The position numbers and the translations under genes were made by a program. A stretch of DNA of 64,000 nucleotides from Lama glama (taxonomy: Eukaryota), in the NCBI GenBank assembly GCA_028534125.1, contig CM052817.1, positions 79,858,001 to 79,922,000 on the forward strand, written 5' to 3'. The notes beneath the pieces are model-generated. The model was not told where the DNA came from. It made no database searches and was given only the letters and a program-made list of their open reading frames with translations. The first letter of the stretch is position 1; every line of letters begins with the position of its first letter. Of this stretch, positions 23,446 to 35,790 are shown piece after piece.

Positions 23446-24920
23446 TCATTCATTCATTAACTGATCACTGGTATGCACAAGAAGTGTAATTGGATGTCGC
23501 AGGAAACCAATCACCAGCTCAACCCCGATTCTTGCAAATAGAATGAAACTTAGTAGGCAACAAAATGGGAGGAGACCACCCACAGTCTATTTTACCTAAG
23601 CATCACGAAAAGAGATAACTCAGATTCTAGAAAACAGACAGCAGTTACATTCCTGCAGTTACATCCACCGAAAAAAAGCCAGCAGGTGTACCCTAGATAA
23701 GATAAACCGTTTCCATTTGTGACACAGAAGCATTTTGTTAATTAACAAAGACGTGGTCACTTGAGCAGAAACCTAGGCAGATGCCTTGAGCAGTTAAAGC
23801 AAATTTCCTACAGAAAAGCATTTCTTTTGATGATAACTTTCAAAAATAATTTATGTAGTTTCTTTTTCAGTAGCCGTGCTCCATCTGTATTGTGCAGCAT
23901 TATTAGCATTCGTTCACAACAGAAGTGGTAAGGAAATTACTCACCACAATTGTTAGACTGGGTTATTAGAGGCAGAGAGAAAAGAGTGGCCTTCTTGGTT
24001 CAGTTCAGATGCTGCAGTCAGCAGAGGTGTGGGCCACAGTGAGGGAGGATGTGAGAATGCAGAGGGGAGCCGGCTTGCCTCAGTTTCTGGTGAAACATTA
24101 AAATTTGTAATGCAAGCCACCTAGCTTGGCAAGGATGATTGGCTTCTTTAGTTCTAGAAGAGAAGGGTTGCTGGGGAATAAATTCAGATGAATAAATATG
24201 GCTCAAAACTTTCTTTGAGTGTGAATTTCATGAAAGCCTCGCTTATGACGTCTCAGGAAATAAGTGCACATACTGTTTTTTTTTTTAAGAATGTGCAAAA
24301 TTAGATTATATCAATCATTTCTCATGAATGATTCGGTGCCATGGATTCAGTCTTCAGTTACAAATTTGCATGTCCCATGCACTTTGGTCCCTGTGTGTCT
24401 GTGTATAATGAGGGCATCTTTGTTCACTTAAAATTCATTCAACAAGTATTTAGTGAGCAGCAACTAGTCATACTTTCTGCTCTATTTTTAACGTGTGAAA
24501 AACTGAGATGGTCTTTAGCTGTGTTTTATTGGTGACCTGGGCACAACTTGCAAATGTTTTAGCAGGGGCCTCCTAACAAGTATGGTACTTTCGTGGAAAT
24601 GAAAAACAAACAAACAAACAAAACATTTCCCTCTGTGTGCAAAAGGATTGTTTTCAAAAGTGTCTCTTTCTCTCAGAGGATGAAGACCTATGCCTGGGCA
24701 CAGGCTTGATGGGGAGAGTGAGTGAGTGCTAGATGTCAGCCCCTTCCTGGGCACCACTTTGCAGTACATGAAGGGTAGGCCTAGACATGGAAGCTCATCT
24801 AGATGAAGCCTCACAAAAAGAGTTTGGGTTTTGTTCAGCTTTCAGTGATTTGGACCAAGAGTGGGGAAAGTTTCTTCAATCCATGCTCATCAAAGAATCT
24901 CTATATCAAAGACTCTGTTC

Positions 24921-25087
24921 TTTTTGTTTTTAATTGAAGTATAGTTGATTTACAATGTTATGTTAGTTTCTGGTGTACAGTATAATGATTCAGTTTTATA
25001 TATATATATTATTTTTCATATTATTTTCCATTATAGACTATTACAAGATATTGAATGTAGTTCCCTGTGCTATACAGTGGGACCTTG

Positions 25088-25144
<57 letters not shown>

Positions 25145-25538
25145 TTGAGGTGTAGTTGATATACAGTGTTAGTTTCAGGTGTGCAGCAAAGGGATTCAGT
25201 TATACATATATATGAATATGTATTTTTTCAGATTCTTTTCTATTATAGGTTATTATGAGAAATTGAATATAGTTCCCATGCTATAGAGTAGGTCTTTGTT
25301 TTTATCTCTTTCACATATAGTAGTTTGTATCTGCTAGTCCCAAACTCCTAATTTATCCTTCCTCTGCCCCTTTCCCAGCTGGTAACCATCAATTTGTTTT
25401 CTATGTCTGTGAGTCTATTTCTGTTTTGTAAATAAGTTCATTTGTGTCATTTTTTAGATTTCACTTATAAGTGTATCCTATGATGTTTGTCTTTCTCTGT
25501 CTGACTTACTTCACTCAGTTTGATCATCTCTAGGTCCT
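24921..25538 (-). mobile_element. Two adjacent L1 3'-end fragments (artiodactyl-type) joined by a (TTTA)n tail
   Basis: TTTTAATTGAAGTATAGTTGATTTACAATGTT... (24921-25090), then (TTTA)n and a second TTTTATTGAGGTGTAGTTGATATAC...CTGACTTACTTCACTCAG...CTCTAGGTCC. Confidence 0.85.
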
Positions 25539-26994
25539 TCTAATTTAGTTTATGTCTCCAAATTCTGACACAGCAACACAATGGCTCACATCCTTAAAAG
25601 AAATTTCCACATATTTGAAGACACCCTGTGGTCTGCTGTTCTCTAACTTGTTAACTAAACTGGTTTAATATTTTCCTATAGGACCTAGTTTCCGACAAGA
25701 CCTTCATTTTGTTCCCTGTTTTTCTCTAGACCTTGTGGCTCTTTGCCACTTCTGCTTTTAAATGTAGTGACAGTTCTGTCCCAGGTACGGTAAAGTGGGG
25801 CAGTTCCCAGGCCCTACACCTTGTCCTCCCCCACCCTCACCCAGTATACACGTGTTATAACGACAGGTGGCTAGGAAATGACTCAGGAGGTGCTGTGTGG
25901 AGGAACAAGAGGAGGCTCCCAGCACAAGTGTGGAAAAACACATGAGGGTTTTATACATAAGTGTACACAGTCAATACACGCATTCTTCCTCACCTCGGCA
26001 GAGAGTAGCCAAGTCCTTCCCTCTCTCCACAGGCTCTTCGGGATGCATGTGTCAAATTAAGACTCCTGTTTCCTTCCAAGTTTATCTTTAATATTCATTG
26101 AAACAAGAGATTGCCTTTAAATGAGAAGTCATCACCAAATGATGTGATTTACCATCACCTATCTCACTGCACCAACCACAATGAGCCCAAGTGGTAACCT
26201 AATTCTAATAACAGACCCCCCAAACTCCAGCTTTTAGAAGTGATCCTTCTAACAGTGCAGCCTGATCGGTGTTTCTCTTTTGACCACTAATCCAATGCTT
26301 ACTATATTCAGCTTAAATGACTACAACTCCCTGGACTTTTTTCCCTTGTTCCTTTTTTCTTTCTTTTCTTAAGTACTCAAACCTTAGTATTTTCTCACAA
26401 AAATAGCTGAAATGGGTTGGCTGAATGCATGAAGTGGAGAGTTGTCCCTGGGGGTTCTGCTTTACATACTTGCCTCTAGTGGACTTCATTCTACTCTAAT
26501 TTGGAGTTTCTAAAAATGTATTTCAAGTAAATAGTAAGGAGCTATGGACAAAAGTGTTCTGTGATTAAATATGCATGGGAAAAACATTAAACCAGGCTCC
26601 TTTATTGCAGGGCTTTTCTGACCATTTAATATGCTATTGCGTCTGTGACTTTCCAGGAGTGTGCATGTGACCATGGAGACTCTTCCTCGTAGAGCATCAA
26701 GTGAGATGAATTGTACAGGATCCATTCTGGGGACTCTGGTCTAACTTGTAAAGGTACATCCCCAGCACAGATGTGGAGCATCCTTCCCAAGGGGTGCAGC
26801 TGAACAGAGCAAGCCTCCCCCACCCAGGCTCTCCATCAAGTCCCTGGGTCTCAGTGGGCTAACTTAGCTGCCACCACTCAGAGGCAAAGGGGGAGAGTCT
26901 ATAAAGTACCCTTAAAGGTCTCTGCTGCTGATCTAGCAGGCAAGAGGTAATTGCTGTGTTTTCTCCCACTGATTTTCAGAATCTAGAATTTTGG

Positions 26995-29620
26995 ATCATT
27001 TAGTCAGTCAACAAATATTTATTGAATACACAGTTTGTGCCAGGCAGACAGACCAAGAATCCAGCCTCTATAGAGATTGTATTCTGGTGGGTAGAGACAG
27101 ATAATGAATGGATAATAACAAAATGTAAGATATGTCAAACACTGAGAATTACTTAGGAGAGAAAAAGCAGAGGAAGATAGGGACTGGGAGTAGGAGCTCT
27201 TTTCATCATGTGCACAAAGAGGGACCTATGTATGAGGAAGTGAGCCATGTGAATATCTGCTGGAAGAACATGTCAGGCAGAGGGAATAGCCAGTGAAGAT
27301 AAGTCTGGGAGAGAGTTCAGAGCTAGAAACGTAAATCTGGAGTGATCAGCATGCATATAGTGTTTAAAACTGAGAAGCTGGTTGAGATCACCAAGGGGGT
27401 TAGTGTAAATGAAAAAAAGAGGAGGTATGAGAACTAAGTCACAAAGTTGAAACATTGCAAAAGTTTAGAGTTTGGGGTAATTAGGAGCAATCACGAAGGA
27501 AACTGAGATGGAATGGACATTGATAAGGAAGAAAACCCAAGAGATTAGAAACCAAGTGAAATAAAGAGTGATGAACCCAATGACATGCTGATAGATGAAG
27601 GAAGATGTAGACTGCAAACTGACCTGGACATAGCAATGTGGAAGTCATTGGTGAGCTTAAAAAGGGCTATTTCAGTTCATTGGTGAGGACAAAAACTCAG
27701 ATAAAAGTGGGTTTAAGAGAGAATGGGAGGAAAGAAAATAGAGTCCGTAGGAAGAGATAGTTATTTCAAAGAGTTTTGCTGTAAAGGGGAGCAGAGAAAT
27801 GAAGCAGTAGGTGGAGAGGGGTGAGCAGTCAAAGCTATTTTTAAGATGGGAAAAATAATAGCCTGTTTTTATGCTAATATAAATGATTCATTTGAAATGA
27901 GAACATTGACGGTAATAAAGAAAGGGGAGAATGGCTGTGGCGGTGTCCTTGAGTGAGCGAGTGAAGGTGGGATCTGGTGCACGTGCGGAGGACTTGCCTT
28001 TAAATGGGAGCAAACTGTCTTCCAGCACAACAGGAGGGAAGCTGAGAATATGGGCACAGATGCAGGGAGGTGGGTAGTAGATATGGTGACAAGAGTGGGA
28101 AGTTCTCTTCTGATTCTCTTTCTCTCTCAGAGAAAATGGAAGCAAGATCGTTAGTTGAGAATGCAGAAGGGGAATGAGGTACCAGAAGAAACGATGTGTG
28201 ATAATCATACAGGAGTGGAGGTAGTGAATGGACTGGGGAGTTCAGTGAGATTATCAGGCAGCCCTATGGCCCATTTGAGGTTGATAGTCATGTATTTTTA
28301 GCAAGACCAGTTGGCATGAAGGAAGATTTTTCTCCAGCCAAGCTCAGCTGTGTGGTGAGCACAGAGTAGATGAAGAGGTAGATTTAACCATGATTGTACT
28401 TTTGGCATGTGAAGGCAATGAAGTAAGAAAGGGGATGAAAATAATGAATAAGGAGGGAAGTGATGACATAAGGATGGAGTAAAGGACAATCCAAGGTTAT
28501 TAGGAGCAAGAAGTTGTCAGTGGTGGAGTGAAGGATTGTTGGAGTTGAGGCACTAGCGAGGATAAGATGGAAAGATAGCAGGTAGTGTTCAGAGGGTGGG
28601 ACACTTAGAATTGAGGTTAGAAAGGGATTGAAATGATTGATAATGACAAGGTCTAGTGCTGTCAAATCCAAGTTTGTGTGCCTGACACACAGAGAGGCTA
28701 AACATACCCAAATGTCAGAGTTTGGAGCAGAGAAAGTTTATTGCAGGGCCAAGCAAGGAGAACAGGCAGCGTATGCTCAAACAGCCTACACTCCCCAGTG
28801 ATTTGAGGGGAAGAGTTTTTACAGGCAAAACTGGGGGGGAGGCCGGCAGGGAGTGTGACTTTCCTCTGATTGGTTGGTGGTGAGGTAACAAGGTGGTGTC
28901 CCAGGAATCTCAATCATCAGCCTTCTGGTTCCAACCAGTCTGGGGTCCACGTGCTTGTGCTCAGCCTAAAGTTACCATTCTCCACCTGGGTGGGGCCCTT
29001 AGTTCCTGGAGAAGAGCTCAGAGATAGACTGTTATGTATATCCCTTGAGGAGGAACTCCCTGCTTCATTGCTGCATAATTGTTTCTTGACTGCTTCTCCT
29101 TTGTTTCTGCATTTCCTCCCTTCCCTAATTAGTAGCTGTTGGAATCTGCCCTTTGGAACTCAGGGAAGGTCTATGAGGCTGGAGCCTTTGTCCTACAGAC
29201 AAGAAACAGAGGACATGGGAAGGCGTTCATACCCACCCCGAAGGCCACACAGAGTCCTTCTTCGTTCCACTGGCAGGATATGACTGTAGAAGTGAGTGGC
29301 AGAGCGATGGTGTGGGCAACATCTTTGAAATGAATAAGGTCAAGGAACTGACTTTTCAGAATGTTAGAATGAGTATCTCTGTAAACATTTAAATCACCAA
29401 GAATTGTCAGGAGCCATGTTGGAGGAAGTGAGTAACAGTTAACTAAGAAATAAAATTTCAAAGAATGAGAGAAAGGGGCCTTGGTCTGGGGGAGTGTAAA
29501 GACTGAAACTGGGAGACTAGCTAGTGTGATGGGCCTTAGGGCCTGCAATTCAAAACAGGTGTTTTGTTTTTAGGGCGGAGGAAGCAAGAAGAATCTGGAA
29601 TGAGCAATGAGGAGCAAGTC
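26995..29620 (-). mobile_element. Long L2 LINE remnant interrupted by an LTR at 28660-29269
   Basis: L2 3' end TCAACAAATATTTATTGAATAC...TGTGCCAGGCA, a purine-rich L2 body (GGAAGTCATTGGTGAGCTT, GGGTTTAAGAGAGAATGGGAGG), and L2-like sequence resuming after the LTR. Confidence 0.75.
28660..29269 (-). mobile_element. ERV1 solo LTR (MER34-related)
   Basis: TG...CA termini; GTTTATTGCAGGGCCAAGCAAGGAGAAC (AATAAA on minus) and CTGATTGGTTGGTGGTGAGGTAAC (CCAAT on minus); clearly homologous to the LTR at 51900-52556. Confidence 0.75.
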
Positions 29621-29799
29621 CTTTGCCATCTTGTCTTCTTTTTCTTCAGCTCTTCTACCTTCTATAGTTTACCCTGCCAGTTTGATATTTTAGAGGCTTT
29701 TTCTTCCTTCTTGGTTTTCCTTCCTCCTAAACTTTTTTTCTTGTTGTGTTCAATTAGTGCCCCAGGACTCTAATCCTCAGCCCTTGCTGTACAGCAGAG

Positions 29800-29897
29800 T
29801 CACTTGATGAAGCCTTGGTCTGGGGTGGGGCTCAGGCATCTGTGTTTTTTAAGTTCTGCAGGTGATTCTTATGCACTGGCAAGCTGAGAACCACTGC
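29800..29897. mobile_element. MER5A-like hAT fragment
   Basis: GGTCTGGGGTGGGGCTCAGGCATCTGTGTTTTTTAAG...CAGGTGATTCTTATGCAC...TGAGAACCACTG. Confidence 0.7.
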
Positions 29898-30858
29898 CCT
29901 GGGGAAGAATATGAAAAGGACTGAGTCTTTGTAAGGCATATGCACTGTTATGGAGAATGGTCCATAGTTTTCATCACATCCTGGAAAATATTCCTGACTC
30001 AAGAAGATTAGTTCTTAAAAACAAAAAAAGATTAGGTCTAAGCTCCTCGTTTTTTGGATGAGAAAACTTAATTGATTTTTAAAAAATCTTTTTCCTTGGA
30101 AATGGAAATGGGAATTGGGGAAAGAGAATTTGTTAGAACTTTGGAAGAGCAATAGCATATTAAGTAAAATGATGGTGTCTTTTCTGAAACATCAGCAGGG
30201 CTTTGAAACCCCCATGAGGTTAGCCTACTACCCTGTGCATCCAGGATCCTCTCCGTCCTCCCTTCTTGCCCTCTAAAAATGCGAAATGTACCCGGGTAAC
30301 CGACTCTGGGGCTCTCTCACTGCTGGTTTCTGCGTAGGAGTGTTGCACACACCAGGCTCACTTAGCACCTGCGTTTTATGATATGAAAACTGCACATCCA
30401 CCATAAGAGCATCACCTCAAATTGTATAATTTTTCTCTCACAAAGTGGAAAAAAGAAGTTTCATAATATGCGTTCAACCTCTTCTGACCTAAAAGAACAA
30501 GATGGGTTAAGAATGGGGTCACGAAGTTGGGGAGCCCTGGAGGCAGAAGCCCTCTCAGGGACCAGGGTGGCCTCCATTGTGCTTTGGCTGCTGTGGGCAG
30601 GCTCTTCCCTCTCCCCTACTGCGGCAGGGCCAGCCACCAGTGCACTTGATTTTGTGAATTTACTCGAGTATTCAAATGCTTGCCAGCATTAACTCGATGG
30701 TCCTGGTTCCTGCACCACAGGCCTTAATCCTTTGAAAGGGGAAGCAGGAATGTCTTGGAATCGTGCACTTTCATTATAGCCATCATCTTTATTTAGCCAT
30801 CCTTATCTATTCAGTTGGGATACTGAATGAGATGCCCAAACCAAGACATGACATTTCT

Positions 30859-31152
30859 TTTTTTTTTTTAGTTGATAAAATTTTATACAATATTTAAAGG
30901 TTACTTTCCAGTTACAGTTATTACAAAAAAAAAAAATTGGCTAATTCCCTGTGTTGTCTGATACATCCTTGAGCCTGTCTTACACCCAGTAGTTTGCACC
31001 TCCCACTCCCCCACCCCCATGTTGCCCCTCCTCTGCTCCCTGCTGGTCATCACTAGTTTGTTCTTGTATTGTGAGTCTGCTTCTTTCTGTTATATTCACT
31101 TGTTTGTTGTATTTTTTTAGATTCCATATGTAAGTGATATCATACAGTATTT
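30859..31152 (-). mobile_element. 5'-truncated L1 3' end with perfect 16-bp target-site duplication
   Basis: Poly(T) then L1 3' UTR sequence, flanked by identical AAGACATGACATTTCT at 30843-30858 and 31153-31168. Confidence 0.92.
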
Positions 31153-32255
31153 AAGACATGACATTTCTAAGCAGTTAGCACAAAGATAGTAGGAAAAAAT
31201 TTATAACTTGTTAGGAAAGAAAGATTCTGGTGAAAGCAGTAGCCAAAAGAAATTCCTGAATTCCTTGGCCGTGTAACTGCCCATCTCCGGCCTGATGGGT
31301 GTTAACACCTACTCATCCCTGCACATATTAGGGGGAAACAAACAGGGGCAGATAAAACCATCTGCAACTGCACTGGGTGAAAGTGTGTGTGGCTTCTCCC
31401 TTCTCTCTCCCTCTCTCCCTTCCTCCCACCATTGACGGGCATCCTCCTCCCTTTTCTCTTTTGGCTCATAGGCTCTGCACGGACCTCACGTGCACACTTG
31501 ACTCACACCCCCACACGTCAGCCACTGACTTACATTCTCAGTCACCCACGCAGTTGCTCACTCGTGCTCCTTTCACGTCCATTTCTGTCCAGATGCCTTG
31601 GTTGTAGGCATTTGTCAGAATCTCAGCAGTAGTAGCCTGTGGGTCCTCAGGCCTCTTGGAGTCCAAAGCAGCCAAACCAACCACAGGTTGACCAGTGACA
31701 CTCTACCCTCCTCTGTAGTATTTGGACCAACTTTTCGGGAAGCCTTTGTTGACATACATAAATCCAAAGAGGCTGCACGTCAGCTGTTCTTAGGTGCCTC
31801 TGGTCAGCGTTCCATTTAGCGCACACAGCATCTTAAAAATACTGTTGGGGCCATGTTATCTTTGACAAGATTATTGAGTTGACATTTAAAGCTAAGAGAT
31901 CCCACAACTTCTTTTATATAGCATTGGGTCTGCATTCCAGCCAGGCAGTCGCTGGCTGGGGCTGATTCACTCCTATGCTCCTTCGACAGGGGTGTCTCCC
32001 CAGTTTGCCGCAGTCCCCACCACTCCTCATCCATCCCGACTTCGGCCTCTTCACGCATTTATCGTACTTGTCTGGCTCAGAGAGGCACTTGTGCTGGGCA
32101 CCGATTCTACAGCTACAGGAGCCCAAACCCCAAAAGATAAACTACATTGTATCTTTATTTTGGGTCTGAGCTAGAGCAGTGGGATTGGAGAAGGAAAAGA
32201 AAGGACATGCTTAAGAACTCTGGAAGAATTAAAATTGATTGATATGTAAGATACG

Positions 32256-32962
32256 TGTTGACTTTGTACTCTGTCACTTCAGCTTAGCTGGAATTACATT
32301 TCCCAGACTTTCCATCTCTGTATAGTTCTGAGTCAGGGGTGGCCACACAGGTGTGGTCTGGACGGTGGAAGTGAAACAGCAGCCATCATGTTGTCACTGA
32401 CCTTCTGGCTCACCTGGGCAGCGGCTGGCCCACAGCTCTTCCCACCCATCCCCTCCGGCTTCTCCGAGTGCCAGGCTGGGCACATGAACAGCTCAGACTT
32501 ACGGTCCCAGCTTTTCCTGCTGCTCAGCAGAGTTAGATGCAGGAGAGACAGACATGGGCTCCAGCATTTCCTTGTAGGTTCTGGTTTATCCTTGTGATTC
32601 TAGTTTTCCCTCAGTCTTCCCCAAATATGCCCAGCCTTCCTTCCTGACTGCCAGACCTCGTGACCAAAAGTGACTGACCCCAGGCTGACACCGGATGACT
32701 CACTGGGATTCATAGAGGTGTTGCCAGAAAGAGCCAACAACCTTCCTTAAACTTTAGCATCAGACTCATAGTTCCACTCCAGCAGCTGGTTAGTGTTTCT
32801 CTCTGGAAATAGCTAATACAAATTGAAATGTACAGTTTACTTTCAGGCCTTTACTTCCCTAATATCTCCCATAATTGTGTGAAGTCTGAGTCCTGCAATG
32901 AATTCCTTAGTCCTTAATGTCCATCGTGGTTCTGCATCTCCCATGGAACCTTGACTGATATA
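32256..32962 (+). mobile_element. ERVL solo LTR (LTR33-like)
   Basis: CAGCTTAGCTGGAATTACATTTCCCAGA...TCAGGGGTGGCCACA start and GTGGTTCTGCATCTCCCATGGAACCTTGACTGATA end. Confidence 0.65.
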
Positions 32963-34042
32963 AGGAGTAAGGGAAGGAAGTGATGGAAGGTTTCCAGGTC
33001 TCTAGCTTGGAAGAGGAACTAGGTGGATGTATATGAGGAATGCCCAGAAAGCAGCTAAAGACACGTATCTAAAGCTTTTGAAGGACTTCCCTGACGCTCT
33101 AAACAGAATGGAAGAAGCATTGGATTAATCTAGAGAACCCAGCAATCTAGGGAAGCTCTTACTCCCAACGCAGGACTATTTTCATAAGGTGTCCATCTCC
33201 AGGTCACAGATTCATCTGCCTTACTGCGCTGGCTATGCAAAAAGAGAGTCATCTCTAGGTGAATTTGTCTTTGGATAGATCATCGCTAGCTCCAGAAATA
33301 ATGGCCAAAAGTGTTTATCCTAGATCTATATGAATATAGCTTTTGTATTATCCATTTGTATATTTTTATTGTTCTTTCTATATGCCTATCATATACAGTC
33401 TCAACAATTCTAAGAGAGGAGATTTGCATAGCAAGGTGGTTCTATGACCTGAAGGAGACTAAATCTGATTATGCGTATTGGGGAATGGAGCTGCAACAGA
33501 AGGAAATTCTCACTGTCCTTTTATTCCTCTTCTTGAAGGTAGAGAAAATCACTCAGAAGAAATAGCTAATCTAGTTTGAAATGTGAAGTTTATTTTCAGG
33601 ATTTGTTTCCAAGGCATATCGTGATGGCCTCCCTAGTTTTCTCCTACTGCTTGTTAATCACACTGTCTATGGTAGTTACAGGCTTTTATGGTGGGAACGG
33701 GGGAGCTTTGAGCGACATGCAGCTTTGCATTTGGTTTATTCTCTGATCCAGAACTGAAGATTTGAGGAATATCTCACAGTCACTATGTGCTTAAAAGTTT
33801 TTTCCAGTTGGATAGGAGTGACTTTATACTGTAGGAGCATTTTCTAAATGTGCAAGATAATGAATACTTTGTTCCTAGAGTATCAAAAAGTTGTTTTGTC
33901 AGCTGTTTTTTTCCTGAGAATTTTTTTTTAAATCTAGAAGAAGCTACAAAACTGGAGAACAGAGTATACTTGTATCTATTAGCCTCAGAAGACTTTTTAA
34001 AGCATTTTGTTGATGCATGAATTGAACTGAAATACTATTGTA

Positions 34043-34176
34043 GGGGGAGGGTATAGCTCAGTGGTAGAGTCCTATGCTTAGTGTGGACGAGGTCCTGGGT
34101 TCAATCCCCAGTACCTCCATTGAAAAAATAAATAAATAAGTAACATTTCTATCTGTAAAAAAAAAAAAAAGAAGAA
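34043..34176 (+). mobile_element. tRNA-derived SINE, vic-1 (camelid) type
   Basis: GGGGGAGGGTATAGCTCAGTGGTAGAG (A box)...GAGGTCCTGGGTTCAATCCCCAGTACCTCCA (B box), then an AATAAATAAATA/poly(A) tail. Imperfect TSD GAAATACTATTGT / GAAATATTGT. Confidence 0.85.
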
Positions 34177-34194
34177 GAAATATTGTTGAGAAAG

Positions 34195-34925
34195 GTGACA
34201 TCTTTGTATTATCTGACCACTTTTCACCACTCCACTGTTACCATCCTGCCCATCCTCTCATCATCTCTACTGGAGTGTTACAATAGCCTCCTACATGGCA
34301 TCCTTGCTTTCACCGTCTCCTACAGTCATTTACAACACTCAGCAGCCAAAGTGATGCTGTTAAAATATGTCAGATTATGTCACTTCTCTGCTCAGATTCT
34401 CTAGTGGTTTGGTTTTCCCTCAGGGTGAGAGCTAAGGTCCTTGCAATGGCCAAAAATACCCAACCTGATCTTCACCCATTATATTTCTGACCCTCACTCT
34501 CCTCCAAGTCCACGGGCCTCCTTGCTGCCCCTTGACTATGCAGGCACACTCCCTCCACAGGGCCTTTGCACTAACTGTTCCCTTTGCTTGGAATATTTGG
34601 CCAGCTCACTCACTTCTTCAAGATTTTATTCAAATCTTACCTTCTCTAAGAGGCTACACTAACAGCCTTACTCAACAGCAAACTTCCACCTGCTGCCTCA
34701 CTTCTGATCCATCTTACTCTACTTTTTCTTTTTTCCATTATAATTGTCACTTCCTAATATCCTGTATGATTTTTTATATACAATGTTTATTATTTATTTT
34801 CTGTATCCTCCCACTAGAATGGAAGCTCCACAGAGCAGATGTCTTTGACTTTTTGTACACTGATGTACCCAAAGTGCCTAGAATTGTGGCACATAGTAAG
34901 GGCTCTCAAAAAATAGTCGTGCTTC
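34195..34925 (+). mobile_element. L2 LINE 3' portion
   Basis: CAATAGCCTCCTACATGG, CAGGGCCTTTGCACTAACTGTTCCC, CCACTAGAATGGAAGCTCCACAGAGCAG...GTGCCTAGAA...GGCACATAGTA. Confidence 0.85.
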
Positions 34926-35052
34926 AATTAAAAAAAAAAGAATAAAAGGTGATGAGAATTTTCGATTAAACAATAGTTATAGAGTGGAACTGAATGCTCA
35001 CAGTAGATACTGAGACTCAACAGTTGGAGTATAATGGGCTTTATTACAAGTA

Positions 35053-35271
35053 CAGTTGACCCTTGAACAGCAACACAGGTTTGAACTGTGTGGATCACTT
35101 ATAGGTGGATTTTTTTTCGATAAATACATACTACAGTACTACGCACTCTATGGTCGGCTGAACCCATGGATGTGGTACTCTGGATACGGAGGACCTACTG
35201 TAAAGTTACACAGATTTTCCACTGGGCAGAGGGTTGGCACCCCTAACCCTCAATTATTCAAGGGTCAACTG
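35053..35271 (+). mobile_element. Tigger2a-like MITE with intact terminal inverted repeats
   Basis: CAGTTGACCCTTGAA ... TTCAAGGGTCAACTG (perfect 15-bp TIR), preceded by TA. Confidence 0.9.
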
Positions 35272-35579
35272 TTTAGAATTAGAAACAAGTGTGCAGAAAG
35301 GTAAGAAAGAGTTGGTTATAGAAGTTGTATGTCACATATGACATGATCTAAATCAGAAGTGAAGTGCTTACGGCTTTTATGTCCAGAGGTGATGGATGTC
35401 GTCCAATACCACACCAACATCACAGCCGCTCTGTGGTTCTAACAATGATAGAAGACGCTGTCTCAAAATATCAAAAGAGGCAAACAAAGCATGTTCTAGG
35501 AAGGACACTCAAATACTAGCGTCTGAAATCAGTTACCTTTTGTGTAATAAATTTCCCATTATTTAGATCTCTGAGACTT

Positions 35580-35790
35580 TAATGGCTATTGAACGCTTCC
35601 ACCATGGCCGGCACCACGTGAGCTACTTTGTGTGCTTTAGCTCCTTTAATCCTTTCACAAACTAGAAAGTAGATCTCATTTTGCAAACGAGGAAACTGAG
35701 ACAGAGAAATGCCTTCCGACGTCCTCAGTGTCGCACAGTGAATGGACTCACCTGAACCAGGCTGCCTCCCGAGGCTGGTTTCTTTGCTGA
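35580..35790 (-). mobile_element. MIR SINE
   Basis: CTCCTTTAATCCTTTCACAA...CTCATTTTGCAAACGAGGAAACTGAGACAGAGA. Confidence 0.7.

Noticed and set aside
34043..34120. Possible genuine tRNA gene
   Set aside because: The anticodon arm is disrupted, the head is extended, an A-rich tail with TSD-like flanks follows, and there is no oligo-T terminator; this is a SINE.
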